This document shows positions 9,420 through 18,507 of a stretch of DNA of 64,000 nucleotides, in pieces. This DNA comes from a virus. Taxonomy: Duplodnaviria; Heunggongvirae; Uroviricota; Caudoviricetes. The notes beneath the pieces are model-generated. The model ran no database searches. It was not told the origin of the DNA and worked only from the letters and a program-made list of their open reading frames with translations. Every line of letters begins with the position of its first letter. Position 1 is the first letter of the stretch. The stretch is taken from the IMG/VR virus record IMGVR_UViG_3300042869_000717, positions 14,208-78,207 of that record. The stretch is one strand, 5' to 3'. A program made the translations under genes and the position numbers.

Positions 9420-9682
9420 AGGTAATTATTAGTGAAAATCAAGAAGATAGATTAAAATCAGCAATTAAAGAAATAGTCGAAGATATTAAAGTCCCATTAT
9501 CAATAAAAGTCGATGTTGTATTTTCATCGACTGGTGCTACATATGTTTTAATTCCATTAAAAAATTATTTAATGAGTAAGGTAAGGGCAAAATATGAATC
9601 GTTAATTCGTAATAAAATAAAAAATTATATTGGTTTAGATGTTGAAGTTATAATGATGGAGAAATCAGATATTGATTCTTAA
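9416..9682 (+). CDS. hypothetical protein
   Basis: ORF track 88 aa, ATGA overlap. Confidence 0.45.
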   Translation: MKVIISENQEDRLKSAIKEIVEDIKVPLSIKVDVVFSSTGATYVLIPLKNYLMSKVRAKYESLIRNKIKNYIGLDVEVIMMEKSDIDS

Positions 9683-9727
9683 TTGACAATATAAGATACT
9701 TTTCATATACTTCTCAAAAGATAAAAT

Positions 9728-10162
9728 ATGACTAAAGTAAAAATTTCTACAGACAAGGGAGATATGATTGCCGAACTATACGACAACGAGACTCCAATCG
9801 CAGTAAACAACTTCAAAGACTTAATCGGTAAAAAATTCTATGACGGATTAAATTTTCATAGAGTTATTCCTAATTTTGTAATTCAAGGTGGGTGTCCAAA
9901 TGGTACAGGTTCCGGTGGTCCGGGATATAATATCCCATGTGAAGTTACCGCCCCTAAACAATTTCACGATAGAGGGGTATTGTCAATTGCACACGCAGGA
10001 CGTAACACAGGAGGGTCACAATTCTTCATTTGCCATAACAGACAAGGAACCCAACATTTAGATGGTAATCACACTTGTTTTGGTAAAGTTAATGAAGGGT
10101 TAGAGGTAATCGACGCAATCAGTGCCGGTGATAAAATAAACTCAATCTCAATAATTGATTAA
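9728..10162 (+). CDS. ppiB: peptidyl-prolyl cis-trans isomerase, cyclophilin type
   Basis: FHRVIPNFVIQGGCPNGTGSGGPGY ... GVLSIAHAGRNTGGSQFFI ... LDGNHTCFGKV: canonical cyclophilin motifs over whole length. Confidence 0.9.
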   Translation: MTKVKISTDKGDMIAELYDNETPIAVNNFKDLIGKKFYDGLNFHRVIPNFVIQGGCPNGTGSGGPGYNIPCEVTAPKQFHDRGVLSIAHAGRNTGGSQFFICHNRQGTQHLDGNHTCFGKVNEGLEVIDAISAGDKINSISIID

Positions 10163-10185
10163 TAATAATGTGTAGATTGTAATAT

Positions 10186-10211
10186 AAACCCCCATCTATG
10201 GGGGTTTTTTG
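10186..10211 (+). terminator. rho-independent terminator (AACCCCCAT-CT-ATGGGGGTT + T6)
   Basis: hairpin + T-run after ppiB. Confidence 0.8.
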
Positions 10212-10242
10212 TTGTATTTATTTAATACAAGTATTTATCATC

Positions 10243-10941
10243 ATGGGAAAGAAAATTAAAGTTCGTTTAACCGAACAAGAACTAATAGATTTAATTACAA
10301 AACAATTGTCCGGACAGGATAGTATGGATATTTTGAAAGGTATGTTATCCGGTAAACCTAAAGACACTTCGAAAAGTAATGGGGACTTAACAAACCCTAT
10401 TTTAAGTTCAGGTGATAAATTCACAGAATTAAATTTAAACACGCCTGAAGGGTTTAAAGCATATAAAAATATTTCTGATAAATTTATAAATACTAGACCA
10501 TCAAACTTATTAGGTATTAACGGTGAAATGTTAGCAAACGCAGCAAAACAATCATATAATAAATTTAAATCATATGTTCCACCAGAACTGGCATTATCCC
10601 AATTGTCTGCGGAAGGAGGATTTTCTAATAATCCAAAGGCAAGACCAATTAGAACAAAGAATCCATTTAATGTTGGTAATGTAGACAAAGGCCCTAATAT
10701 TAGTCATGGGTCGGTTCAAAGTGGGATTCAATCATATTATGATTTAATGGCTAAAAATTATTTATCAGGTGGGAAAAACGCTTCAGACCTAATTGATAAT
10801 TTTGTGAATGTGAAAGGTCAAAGATATGCGTCAAGTAAAGACTACGAAAATATGGTTAAAAAAATATCCTCACAAGTTAGTCAGATGTCCCAACCAATTT
10901 ATGCATCATTAGGAGATAAAGGACAAACAGGTTTAGCGTAA
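10243..10941 (+). CDS. putative peptidoglycan hydrolase, glucosaminidase (FlgJ/LytD-like) family
   Basis: LSAEGGFSNNP ... KNPFNVGN ... SGIQSYYDLMAKNY pattern resembles mannosyl-glycoprotein endo-beta-N-acetylglucosaminidase motifs; start trimmed to MGKKIKV after terminator. Confidence 0.45.
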   Translation: MGKKIKVRLTEQELIDLITKQLSGQDSMDILKGMLSGKPKDTSKSNGDLTNPILSSGDKFTELNLNTPEGFKAYKNISDKFINTRPSNLLGINGEMLANAAKQSYNKFKSYVPPELALSQLSAEGGFSNNPKARPIRTKNPFNVGNVDKGPNISHGSVQSGIQSYYDLMAKNYLSGGKNASDLIDNFVNVKGQRYASSKDYENMVKKISSQVSQMSQPIYASLGDKGQTGLA

Positions 10942-10942
10942 T

Positions 10943-11212
10943 ATGAATAAGGATAGTAAAAAAGTTGAATCATTATTAGATGCTTTTTTTGGACATTCAT
11001 CAGTTCATCCTTATCCCGTGATTAGAATTTTAAAAGAAATGAGGTCAACCTATGATGGTGATTATCCTTATTTTGAATTAGTATATGAGGCAAACAATTA
11101 TAACCACCTATACGATATGGAAAATATAATTGAATTGGTTACCGGATATACCGGATTAAAAGAAGGTCGCGACTATTGGTTAGGTGTGACTTGGGAATTA
11201 TTAGAAGATTAA
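10943..11212 (+). CDS. hypothetical protein
   Basis: ORF track 89 aa. Confidence 0.45.
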   Translation: MNKDSKKVESLLDAFFGHSSVHPYPVIRILKEMRSTYDGDYPYFELVYEANNYNHLYDMENIIELVTGYTGLKEGRDYWLGVTWELLED

Positions 11213-11213
11213 A

Positions 11214-11561
11214 ATGAAATACATTATAACAGAAAGTCAAAAAAATCGAGGTATTCTCAAATACCTTAACACCGAATATGGTGATTTGAAACCATATAAA
11301 ACAGACGAATACCCTAACCACATATTCTTTATGAAAGATGGTGAAGTTATGTTTGACTATAATGAAAAAAATGGGGTTGCTCATGTCTCTTATACTCATA
11401 TTTGGTCATTTTTGAAATCCTTTTTTGAGTTAAATAATGAGGAAATAGAAGACCTAACGAAAGCGTGGGTGGAGGAACATTACAAATTGGAGGTGACAAC
11501 AACTATTGATGAATATTTGAGCCGTGTTTATTGGTGGAGGAACATTACAAATTGGAGGTGA
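11214..11561 (+). CDS. MKYIITESQ-leader family protein (3' end reads through first repeats of the CRISPR-like array; true stop uncertain)
   Basis: N-terminus MKYIITESQKNRG; last ~30 codons coincide with 36-bp repeats. Confidence 0.5.
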   Translation: MKYIITESQKNRGILKYLNTEYGDLKPYKTDEYPNHIFFMKDGEVMFDYNEKNGVAHVSYTHIWSFLKSFFELNNEEIEDLTKAWVEEHYKLEVTTTIDEYLSRVYWWRNITNWR

Positions 11562-11700
11562 CAACAACGCTTTTGCGTTACATCGAAAAAGGAAAAAGGT
11601 GGAGGAACATTACAAATTGGAGGTGACAACAACCCACATTGATTTATTTCGGAAAAAAAAGTCTGGTGGAGGAACAATACAAATTAAGTAAATTATGAAA
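11468..11700 (+). CRISPR. cas-less CRISPR-like mini-array: 3 identical 36-bp repeats (GGTGGAGGAACATTACAAATTGGAGGTGACAACAAC) + 1 degenerate terminal copy, spacers 29/29/31 bp
   Basis: repeats at 11468-11503, 11533-11568, 11598-11633, degenerate 11665-~11700; period 65-67 bp; alternative: diverged tandem duplication. Confidence 0.4.
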
Positions 11701-12060
11701 TACATTATAACAGAAAGTAAATTAAATCAAACGGTTAAAAATTACCTAAACAACACTTTGGATATTGAAAATATTAATTGGACTCGTTTAACTGATGATT
11801 GGGGTCAGGAACAAGACGCAATTGAATTTTATTTAGGTGATTATATGGATGATGAAACATTGTTCAGGTTATATGGTGAAGACTATTGGACCGGAGCATC
11901 AGATTACCGAAAACCATTAAGTCCAATGTTGTATGTTGAAGACCAAGGACTTCTTAACTCATTAGAAGGTTATTTTAATGATAATTGGAAAGAAGGATTT
12001 AAAGAATGGTTTGTTGAAACTTTCAAGATACCTGTTAACACAATAGAATATTACATATGA
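11695..12060 (+). CDS. MKYIITESK-leader family protein
   Basis: N-terminus MKYIITESKLNQT; start abuts degenerate repeat. Confidence 0.6.
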   Translation: MKYIITESKLNQTVKNYLNNTLDIENINWTRLTDDWGQEQDAIEFYLGDYMDDETLFRLYGEDYWTGASDYRKPLSPMLYVEDQGLLNSLEGYFNDNWKEGFKEWFVETFKIPVNTIEYYI

Positions 12061-12389
12061 TAGATATAAATCAAAGAAAATCATTACAAAAACTACTCAA
12101 TAGTGATATTATAAAAAACATATATCCTGTTATTGGAAATATAGATGTTCATTATTTTGAAAGTGAAAGTAGTATTACAAGTGATTGGTTAATTTTAGAC
12201 ATTTATTTGAATGACCCTGAAGTAAATAGAGATAATTATTGGGATAAATTTCAATTAGACCAATATTATTTAATTGACCATCATATTAGAAAATTATTAC
12301 CTTATATTGGTATCAATAACGACAATACTGGTTTTAGGTACAGAATGTATGATACTGACTTTAATATAATTGAACGAAATGATAAATAA
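12057..12389 (+). CDS. hypothetical protein
   Basis: ORF track 110 aa. Confidence 0.5.
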   Translation: MIDINQRKSLQKLLNSDIIKNIYPVIGNIDVHYFESESSITSDWLILDIYLNDPEVNRDNYWDKFQLDQYYLIDHHIRKLLPYIGINNDNTGFRYRMYDTDFNIIERNDK

Positions 12390-12588
12390 CAATATAAGAT
12401 TCCTTAAATATCTTATTGTTTGGGTAGGTTCCAATTTGGCAGTTCCATTTTGGGTTGTTGGTCACGTTCATCTAACAATGAATCTATATAAAGACATTTA
12501 TGAAATTATTGCATCTTGTGGAATGAATATTTTAGTTATGGTTGCGTTTTGGTTAGAATGGAAAAAACATAAAAAAGAGAATAACTAA
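12370..12588 (+). CDS. small hydrophobic (membrane) protein
   Basis: 72 aa, two hydrophobic segments. Confidence 0.4.
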   Translation: MNEMINNNIRFLKYLIVWVGSNLAVPFWVVGHVHLTMNLYKDIYEIIASCGMNILVMVAFWLEWKKHKKENN

Positions 12589-12634
12589 TTACAATTTAAG
12601 AAATAATTATACATTTATAAAAAAACACAAAACT

Positions 12635-12826
12635 ATGGCAAATTTAACCCAAGACGAAAAGGCAAGATTGTATAATGATATGATAATGAGATATCAAAGA
12701 ATGCAAGAAGAAGTGAGACAAATTAAGGCGGAGAATTTTGAAGTTTCCGACTCGGACCAAGAAAAAATAAATTTAATTGAATCTAAAATGAAAAGACTTT
12801 TCAATGATTCTCAAAAATTATATTAA
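12635..12826 (+). CDS. small coiled-coil protein
   Basis: 63 aa, charged heptads. Confidence 0.4.
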   Translation: MANLTQDEKARLYNDMIMRYQRMQEEVRQIKAENFEVSDSDQEKINLIESKMKRLFNDSQKLY

Positions 12827-12910
12827 AAGATAACCTCTCCAACAAGGAGTTATTTTATTTTAATTTTAAACTTACGAAGTAACGATATATTTATCATTAT
12901 ATTTATAGAT

Positions 12911-13411
12911 ATGGGAACTAAAAGATTTACAATTACAGAATCAGAAATTAAATCCATCAAAAAACTTTACATGATGGAACAATCTGAAGAAAAAGAAGAT
13001 AGAAAATTCTGCCATGGTGGAAATGTTAGGTCATTAGACGAGATTATGGGAGATGACGACGCGGAAGATTATATTGAGGGAGTGTCAATTAGGAAAAACG
13101 GTATTAATGGTTTAGTTGATAGATTAGAACTATTGAAAACACTTAGATTGCATCCAAAAGTTTCTGATGGTGGTGAACATCTGGCATCAGAAATCATGAA
13201 CCATCTTAAATCATTCAAACCTTACAACTATTTTGACGAAACAAAAAAAGAATGTAATAAAGCGATGGATAAAATTATTGAACTTTATAAAGAAAATGAG
13301 CATGGGGAGGAATTAGTTAAAGACATTGAAAAGGTTTATTTAATGAATCATGTGTCCCCGCGGGCAAAAGAATTCTTAAAACACGGGATTTCAATGATTA
13401 AAGGTCGTTAA
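12911..13411 (+). CDS. ITESE-leader family protein
   Basis: N-terminus MGTKRFTITESEIKSIKKLYMMEQ resembles leader family. Confidence 0.55.
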   Translation: MGTKRFTITESEIKSIKKLYMMEQSEEKEDRKFCHGGNVRSLDEIMGDDDAEDYIEGVSIRKNGINGLVDRLELLKTLRLHPKVSDGGEHLASEIMNHLKSFKPYNYFDETKKECNKAMDKIIELYKENEHGEELVKDIEKVYLMNHVSPRAKEFLKHGISMIKGR

Positions 13412-13471
13412 GTTGAACTTTTAAAAAATATCTTTTATAATTAGTGTTCCATTAGGGACACTTTTTTTTTT

Positions 13472-13855
13472 ATGTCAACACAGTCACACATCGATAAGGT
13501 AGAATTGAGGGCGAATTTACTTTCGTATCCATCTCATGTCGGGTCACCAAAAATAGAATCAATCGATTTATCATCATTTAAAAGAAATGGGACTGATAAA
13601 GCGAACAAAATTTATGACACGAAATATAAAGAATTAATGCGAGACGCAGAGAACCTTTATAATTCATTTATTATTAACCAAGAGGTCTATGAGTCATCTT
13701 ATCGTTTTGAACCCGTTATTGGTCAAATTTACCACCTATATGAGAATATTAAAGGTGGAAAGTTCTTATCATTAATAGAACCGAACTCATGGAAACAAAA
13801 ACACATCTATTCAGTTACTTTAAATTCCGATATGATATGGATAAAGATAGAGTAA
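13472..13855 (+). CDS. hypothetical protein
   Basis: ORF track 127 aa. Confidence 0.5.
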   Translation: MSTQSHIDKVELRANLLSYPSHVGSPKIESIDLSSFKRNGTDKANKIYDTKYKELMRDAENLYNSFIINQEVYESSYRFEPVIGQIYHLYENIKGGKFLSLIEPNSWKQKHIYSVTLNSDMIWIKIE

Positions 13856-14073
13856 AACGACTGTGTAAAACGATATTAGAAACATCATATAGTGGGGTGA
13901 CCATAACCGAGTTTGATATGACTCCAACATTTAAATATGATGATGAATTATTTAAATGGGTCCCTAATTCGTTCACTTTATTTATTCAAGTAAAAACATC
14001 AGAGTTCCCAAAAAATATACAATCAACATTAGAAGCGTATATAGGACTTGAATGTTGTGTAGATTTTCTTTAA
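13789..14073 (+). CDS. hypothetical protein (overlaps upstream ORF by 67 nt in another frame; start may be internal Met ~13836)
   Basis: ORF track 94 aa. Confidence 0.4.
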   Translation: METKTHLFSYFKFRYDMDKDRVKRLCKTILETSYSGVTITEFDMTPTFKYDDELFKWVPNSFTLFIQVKTSEFPKNIQSTLEAYIGLECCVDFL

Positions 14074-14147
14074 ATAGTTTAATTTTATTCTTATTTTTTG
14101 TAACATTTTATTAATAATTATGTATTTATTGTAAAATAGTTAAAAAT

Positions 14148-14459
14148 ATGCCTCAGGAATCAGTTTGGACAGTTATAATCACAGCATTAACCGTATTAGG
14201 TTCTGCAAGTGCTTGGAGATATTACGAAAAAAGAGCAGTAAGAAAAGAAAAAGATGAAGATTTTGTTCGTCATGATTGTAGAGATAGGATTGGTAAATTA
14301 GAAGTTTTACTACAGGAAAGTAGTAAAGAAAAAGACTCAATGAGAGACACTATTTTAAAATTAACCGAATCTGTGGCTCAATTAGCGATTAAAGTTGAAT
14401 TTTTACAAAAAGAGAATAATGAACTTCATGAATCATTAAAATTGGCGAGGATTCATTAA
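14148..14459 (+). CDS. hypothetical protein with N-terminal TM helix and coiled coil
   Basis: VWTVIITALTVLGSASAW hydrophobic segment. Confidence 0.45.
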   Translation: MPQESVWTVIITALTVLGSASAWRYYEKRAVRKEKDEDFVRHDCRDRIGKLEVLLQESSKEKDSMRDTILKLTESVAQLAIKVEFLQKENNELHESLKLARIH

Positions 14460-14743
14460 ACATCGAATCTGGTATAAGTTAATATTTTAGATTCCGGAAA
14501 AAAATATACCATAGAATCTTGGATTAGGACATGTGCTAGTGCGTCATTCATAACGTCTTCATTAATCGAATCCCCTAAAATAATAACTACCTCTAACATA
14601 ATAGAATTATCTTTCACACCGGTATTCATCGAGTGAACTTTAATTCTTGCTTTGTCACCATAGAACTCTTGTACCGCGTCTCCACGGAAATCATTGATGT
14701 AACTTTCGATTAAGCGAAAGAATCTGCGTTTCTTATCTATCAT
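14456..14743 (-). CDS. hypothetical protein
   Basis: ORF track 95 aa. Confidence 0.45.
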   Translation of the reverse strand: MIDKKRRFFRLIESYINDFRGDAVQEFYGDKARIKVHSMNTGVKDNSIMLEVVIILGDSINEDVMNDALAHVLIQDSMVYFFPESKILTYTRFDV

Positions 14744-14795
14744 AATAAGAAATATAATAAAAAAAAAATGTTATCTCACCCCTTGAATTTTTTTT

Positions 14796-15023
14796 TTAAG
14801 TAATTCTTTGAACTCTATTTTTAAATTCGATAGTTTTTCTCTCAATACCTAATGAATTTGACATTTCAGTCATAGAATTATAAAATATCCCCATATATGT
14901 ATCACATACTAACGTACCATTACTTTGTCTTAATTTACGTAAAGTTTCTTTAGTGTGCACTCTTTTTTTACCGTATTGCGGGTTATTTTTACCTTTACCT
15001 ACATAAAAAATTTTATCATTGTC
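14796..15023 (-). pseudogene. remnant of GIY-YIG-type homing endonuclease (C-terminal NUMOD-like + HTH region only, no start codon, upstream stop)
   Basis: open frame DNDKIFYVGKGKNNPQYGKKRVHTKETLRKLRQSNG...SMTEMSNSLGIERKTIEFKN resembles C-terminus of the intact GIY-YIG gene 18857..19513; catalytic N-domain absent. Confidence 0.4.
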
Positions 15024-15051
15024 CTATCTTTTATGTACATAGACATAAAAG

Positions 15052-15261
15052 TTACCTACGTCTTCCTTGACCTGCATAACGCTTTTTGTAATTTTTACTT
15101 GACTTTATATTAGATGATTTTTTTGAATGAACACCCGGACGACTAACTTTTGAAGTGGTTAATTTAACAGATGAATTTGAACTTGTATTTGATTTTGCCA
15201 TGTTATGATTTTTCAAATAAATAGTAGTTTTTTTGATATTTATAATTAAGTAAATTACCAA
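15052..15261 (-). CDS. small basic Ser/Lys-rich protein (likely start at 15201, MAKSN...)
   Basis: ORF track 69 aa; highly basic C-terminus KRYAGQGRRR. Confidence 0.3.
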   Translation of the reverse strand: MVIYLIINIKKTTIYLKNHNMAKSNTSSNSSVKLTTSKVSRPGVHSKKSSNIKSSKNYKKRYAGQGRRR

Positions 15262-15266
15262 ATACT

Positions 15267-15518
15267 ATGAAAAAATTTTTTAGAGAGTTATTCAATGACG
15301 ATAACTCAATCAATGAGAAAAGTGTTGTTGGCTTTTTAGCTTTCATCATGATGATAGCTTTCGCAGTTGCGGATATTATCACAGGTTATTTAGGTCAAAA
15401 CCTAATGATAAACGAGTTCATTTTCAACGCCTTTACATGGTTAGTTTTAGGGTCATTTGGTATCGGTTCGGTAGACAAATGGATTAATAAAAACAAAAGT
15501 AAAGAAACTGAAGAGTAA
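15267..15518 (+). CDS. small membrane protein with two TM helices (holin-like candidate)
   Basis: 83 aa, two hydrophobic helices, charged C-terminus; followed by terminator. Confidence 0.45.
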   Translation: MKKFFRELFNDDNSINEKSVVGFLAFIMMIAFAVADIITGYLGQNLMINEFIFNAFTWLVLGSFGIGSVDKWINKNKSKETEE

Positions 15519-15525
15519 ATTAACT

Positions 15526-15552
15526 ACCCCTCCTAAACGAGGGGTTTTTTAT
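15526..15552 (+). terminator. rho-independent terminator (CCCCTC-CTAAAC-GAGGGG + T6)
   Basis: hairpin + T-run. Confidence 0.8.
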
Positions 15553-15580
15553 TTAATAAAATTTTTTATATATTTGCGTC

Positions 15581-15805
15581 ATGGCAATAGAAGTTATAAA
15601 AAACACAAAAAGACAAATAGTCTACGAAGACGAGGAAACAACAACCATTTGGAAGTACGATTCATCTATATCAACATTTGGTCCCATAGAGGTCGAAATT
15701 AGATATAAAAAGGGGTATGAATGGTCTGACCCGTCAAAGAAAAAAACATTAGGGGAATTAACTAAAGAAACGAAAAAAATAACAAGGAAATCAAAGGTTT
15801 CTTAA
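15581..15805 (+). CDS. hypothetical protein
   Basis: ORF track 74 aa. Confidence 0.4.
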   Translation: MAIEVIKNTKRQIVYEDEETTTIWKYDSSISTFGPIEVEIRYKKGYEWSDPSKKKTLGELTKETKKITRKSKVS

Positions 15806-16426
15806 TTGTTTGTCTATAAGAAATTTTAGACTAACAAGAGTATCTTTATCTAATTTAGGGATAAGTTTTTCGGTATTCTCCAATAATTTTCGTGGGTTAC
15901 GAGATTCTTGTACATTTTTTGGAGCTTCTTTAACCTCATCAACTTCCCAATCATTCATTTCCCAATTATCATATTCGGTATTTTTTAGAACACCGGAATA
16001 AACATCCCAATTACCATCGTTTCTTTGCATATTTAAAGAATCTATCACCCAATCTTTATCGTAAGATGAGAAACGAGTTTCATAATATTCGATAAATGTA
16101 CAGCTACCTTGGGTGGTATATTCAACTAAATAATCTTTAGGTTGTGGGATTATAAGATGTTCTATCATCGACTTATCATCATTAGATATTCGAGAAAGTA
16201 AACCACTATTAATTTCTAAAAACTTAATAAAAAACTGAACATCCTCTTCGACCACTGATTCGTTAAAATACGAGGATACTTGTTTAAGTATATCTTCATT
16301 ATCATCATATATGTCCTGATAATTATGAGTGATATCATCCCATTCAAATCCGTCTTCAATAAGTTTATTAGCGATAAAAACTAATTGTTTTTTTGGGAAT
16401 CTCGAAAAGTTACTTTGGTTTGCCAT
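15791..16426 (-). CDS. hypothetical protein
   Basis: ORF track 211 aa. Confidence 0.55.
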   Translation of the reverse strand: MANQSNFSRFPKKQLVFIANKLIEDGFEWDDITHNYQDIYDDNEDILKQVSSYFNESVVEEDVQFFIKFLEINSGLLSRISNDDKSMIEHLIIPQPKDYLVEYTTQGSCTFIEYYETRFSSYDKDWVIDSLNMQRNDGNWDVYSGVLKNTEYDNWEMNDWEVDEVKEAPKNVQESRNPRKLLENTEKLIPKLDKDTLVSLKFLIDKQLRNL

Positions 16427-16431
16427 ATTAA

Positions 16432-16466
16432 TAAATATAACAAAAGGTGGTTATTCACCACCTTTA
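16432..16466 (-). terminator. hairpin terminator (AAAGGTGG-TTATTCA-CCACCTTT) for minus-strand gene 16451..16753
   Basis: 8-bp stem overlapping stop codon, T-run on minus strand. Confidence 0.6.
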
Positions 16467-16753
16467 ATTCTACTTTTTTGATTTTTTAAGTAATCAACTA
16501 ATCCTTGTAATTTATCGGCATCATCCGGATTAAATATGAATTCATCGAACGCCCCGTAATTACATTGCCTACCAAATATGTATTGAACACCATATTTAAC
16601 TCGTTCCCAAAATGGTCGTTTCTTTAGATGTATGTGAAAATAGCACATAGGATATGTTACACCATTGTCTAATTCGTCTTCTTCATATAGTATAATTAAT
16701 TGATGGTCAGTTGAATGACAACTACAAATTAGTAAATCTTTTTTGTTTTTCAT
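16451..16753 (-). CDS. hypothetical Cys/His-containing protein
   Basis: ORF track 100 aa. Confidence 0.5.
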   Translation of the reverse strand: MKNKKDLLICSCHSTDHQLIILYEEDELDNGVTYPMCYFHIHLKKRPFWERVKYGVQYIFGRQCNYGAFDEFIFNPDDADKLQGLVDYLKNQKSRIKGGE

Positions 16754-16773
16754 TTTGTTTGGTATTTATTGTT

Positions 16774-17022
16774 ATGAGAAATATAATAAAAATAAATGAG
16801 AATGATTTAAACCTTATTATTAAAAAGGTAATAAAAGAACAATATGAGTATAATCCTGATAGATTATATCGAAAAAGTTCGATTGTTTCGAGATTAAGAC
16901 AGGAACCAAAATATCTTCAAAAATACATCAAAGACCTCCCTAATTTAAGTAAGGAAGGTTCTGATGAAATATTTACCAAAATACCTCAGATTGTTTGGCA
17001 AGTTTTATTTAGTCGATACTAG
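16774..17022 (+). CDS. hypothetical protein (track ORF 16711..17022 trimmed to MRNIIKI)
   Basis: upstream part overlaps divergent gene. Confidence 0.4.
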   Translation: MRNIIKINENDLNLIIKKVIKEQYEYNPDRLYRKSSIVSRLRQEPKYLQKYIKDLPNLSKEGSDEIFTKIPQIVWQVLFSRY

Positions 17023-17710
17023 GAAATTCAACTTCATTAGTATCAGGATTCCAATCGATGGTCATTGGTTTTTGAGTATAAGTATATCTTTCATTTAAAA
17101 CCGCAGTATTGAAGTGGTGAGTATCTCCTTTTCTAACATAACCATAACCTGTATGAATATGACCACAAAGATGAATTTTAGGGGTTATAATTCGTAATCT
17201 CTCAACTAATAATTCACAACCCAAATTATCGTGTCTTCTACCTTCAACGGTATCTAATATTCCAAACGCAGGTCCGTGAGTTAATAGGATATCAGTGTCA
17301 TCAGGGATTCCTTCCCATTTACCCGATAATTCAATTCCATTTTTAGGTAAGTTAAATGCCCATCCATGAAATTCTGGTTGGTAAGGACTACCATAGATTT
17401 TTACTTCTCTTTCATCCCCAATTTTAACTTTAACTTCACTATCTTGAAGATAAGTAATTCCACTGTAGAAATCCAAAATTTCTTTCACCTTATCAGCATT
17501 GTCTTGGAATCCCCAATCGTGGTTTCCAGCAATGAAAATCTTGTGAGTATAACCTTCGATGTTGTTGAACCACTTACAGAACTCTCTGATTTCATGTTCG
17601 TATCCCATAGATGATATATCACCACTATGAAGTAGTAAATCTCCACCAGGTAAATCTCCGGTTATTTGTTTGTGCTTATTATGCGTATCAGAGATTAGCG
17701 AAATCTTCAT
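17009..17710 (-). CDS. calcineurin-like metallophosphoesterase
   Basis: DTH ... GDxxxxG ... GNHD ... THGP ... GHIH motif series. Confidence 0.8.
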   Translation of the reverse strand: MKISLISDTHNKHKQITGDLPGGDLLLHSGDISSMGYEHEIREFCKWFNNIEGYTHKIFIAGNHDWGFQDNADKVKEILDFYSGITYLQDSEVKVKIGDEREVKIYGSPYQPEFHGWAFNLPKNGIELSGKWEGIPDDTDILLTHGPAFGILDTVEGRRHDNLGCELLVERLRIITPKIHLCGHIHTGYGYVRKGDTHHFNTAVLNERYTYTQKPMTIDWNPDTNEVEFPSID

Positions 17711-17734
17711 AATTTTTTATTTTTTTTTTTAAAT

Positions 17735-18370
17735 TTAATCCCACCATTTTTCAATTTCCGACTCCATTATTTTGAATAACAATTTTCTTGCTCTATCGTG
17801 ATTTATGTGTCCAATATTCATTGCAATTATTTGTTTATCTTCCTCACGACCGTCTCTACCAAAAACACCTTCACCATTTATTACTCTTTTGTATATAAGT
17901 GGGTATTTTTTGAAATAATCATCAAAATTTTCTTCTAATAATCGTGATTCCCAAGATGATAATGTTGGTTTATCCGGTACAGGTTCAAACCAATGTTTTG
18001 TTTTATGATAATCGGTGTATTCAGTTGAATAAAATTCCTCCTGTATCAATTCCATTAATTTGACGCACAATCTCATTCTTTTAGCATCTAATTGTGCTCG
18101 AGTATGTCTATCATTACCACCAATATAATCCGCTTGAGCTGAGATTTTATGTTTCATTACCTCAAAGATGTAGTGAGAATCCCAATGACGGTCTTTCCAA
18201 ATTATAGGTAACCAATACCAAACACTTTTAACTCCTCTTTTGAAAGTTGTGTGTAAGTACTTACCATCATTATACCACCATGATGGAATGTATTGTAGTT
18301 TTCTAATAATCCAAGGTCTCTTGGCTCTTTCATCCGCCCATTCGTCAAATATGTCTTTTTCCGGTTCCAT
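17735..18370 (-). CDS. hypothetical protein
   Basis: ORF track 211 aa. Confidence 0.55.
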   Translation of the reverse strand: MEPEKDIFDEWADERAKRPWIIRKLQYIPSWWYNDGKYLHTTFKRGVKSVWYWLPIIWKDRHWDSHYIFEVMKHKISAQADYIGGNDRHTRAQLDAKRMRLCVKLMELIQEEFYSTEYTDYHKTKHWFEPVPDKPTLSSWESRLLEENFDDYFKKYPLIYKRVINGEGVFGRDGREEDKQIIAMNIGHINHDRARKLLFKIMESEIEKWWD

Positions 18371-18507
18371 TTTTAATATTTTTTACAAAGATAGTAAAAA
18401 AATAAGACCCAACAAAATAAATCATCGGGTCTTTTGGAAAAAAAATATATGAGAACACTCCAAAGAGCGGTGTGTAATAAATAAATACATTAAATTTTAA
18501 AAAAAGT

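Noticed and set aside
10218-10688. ORF 10218..10688(-) and other antisense ORFs (e.g. 17366..17614, 19017..19316, 20193..20456, 31092..31397, 38018..38221, 39045..39336, 53026..53484, 58458..58646, 59521..59715)
   Set aside because: Each overlaps a longer ORF on the opposite strand that has recognisable motifs or fits the local operon direction
11468-11700. Interpreting the 36-bp repeats as replication-origin iterons
   Set aside because: Iterons are usually ~20 bp and closely spaced without unique spacers; a perfectly conserved 36-bp unit separated by ~30-bp variable units fits a CRISPR-like array or diverged tandem duplication better. Kept as a finding with caveats
15052-15261. Ribosomal-protein-like (bL34-type) identity for the small basic ORF
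   Set aside because: Only compositional similarity (basic, Arg-rich tail); no motif match
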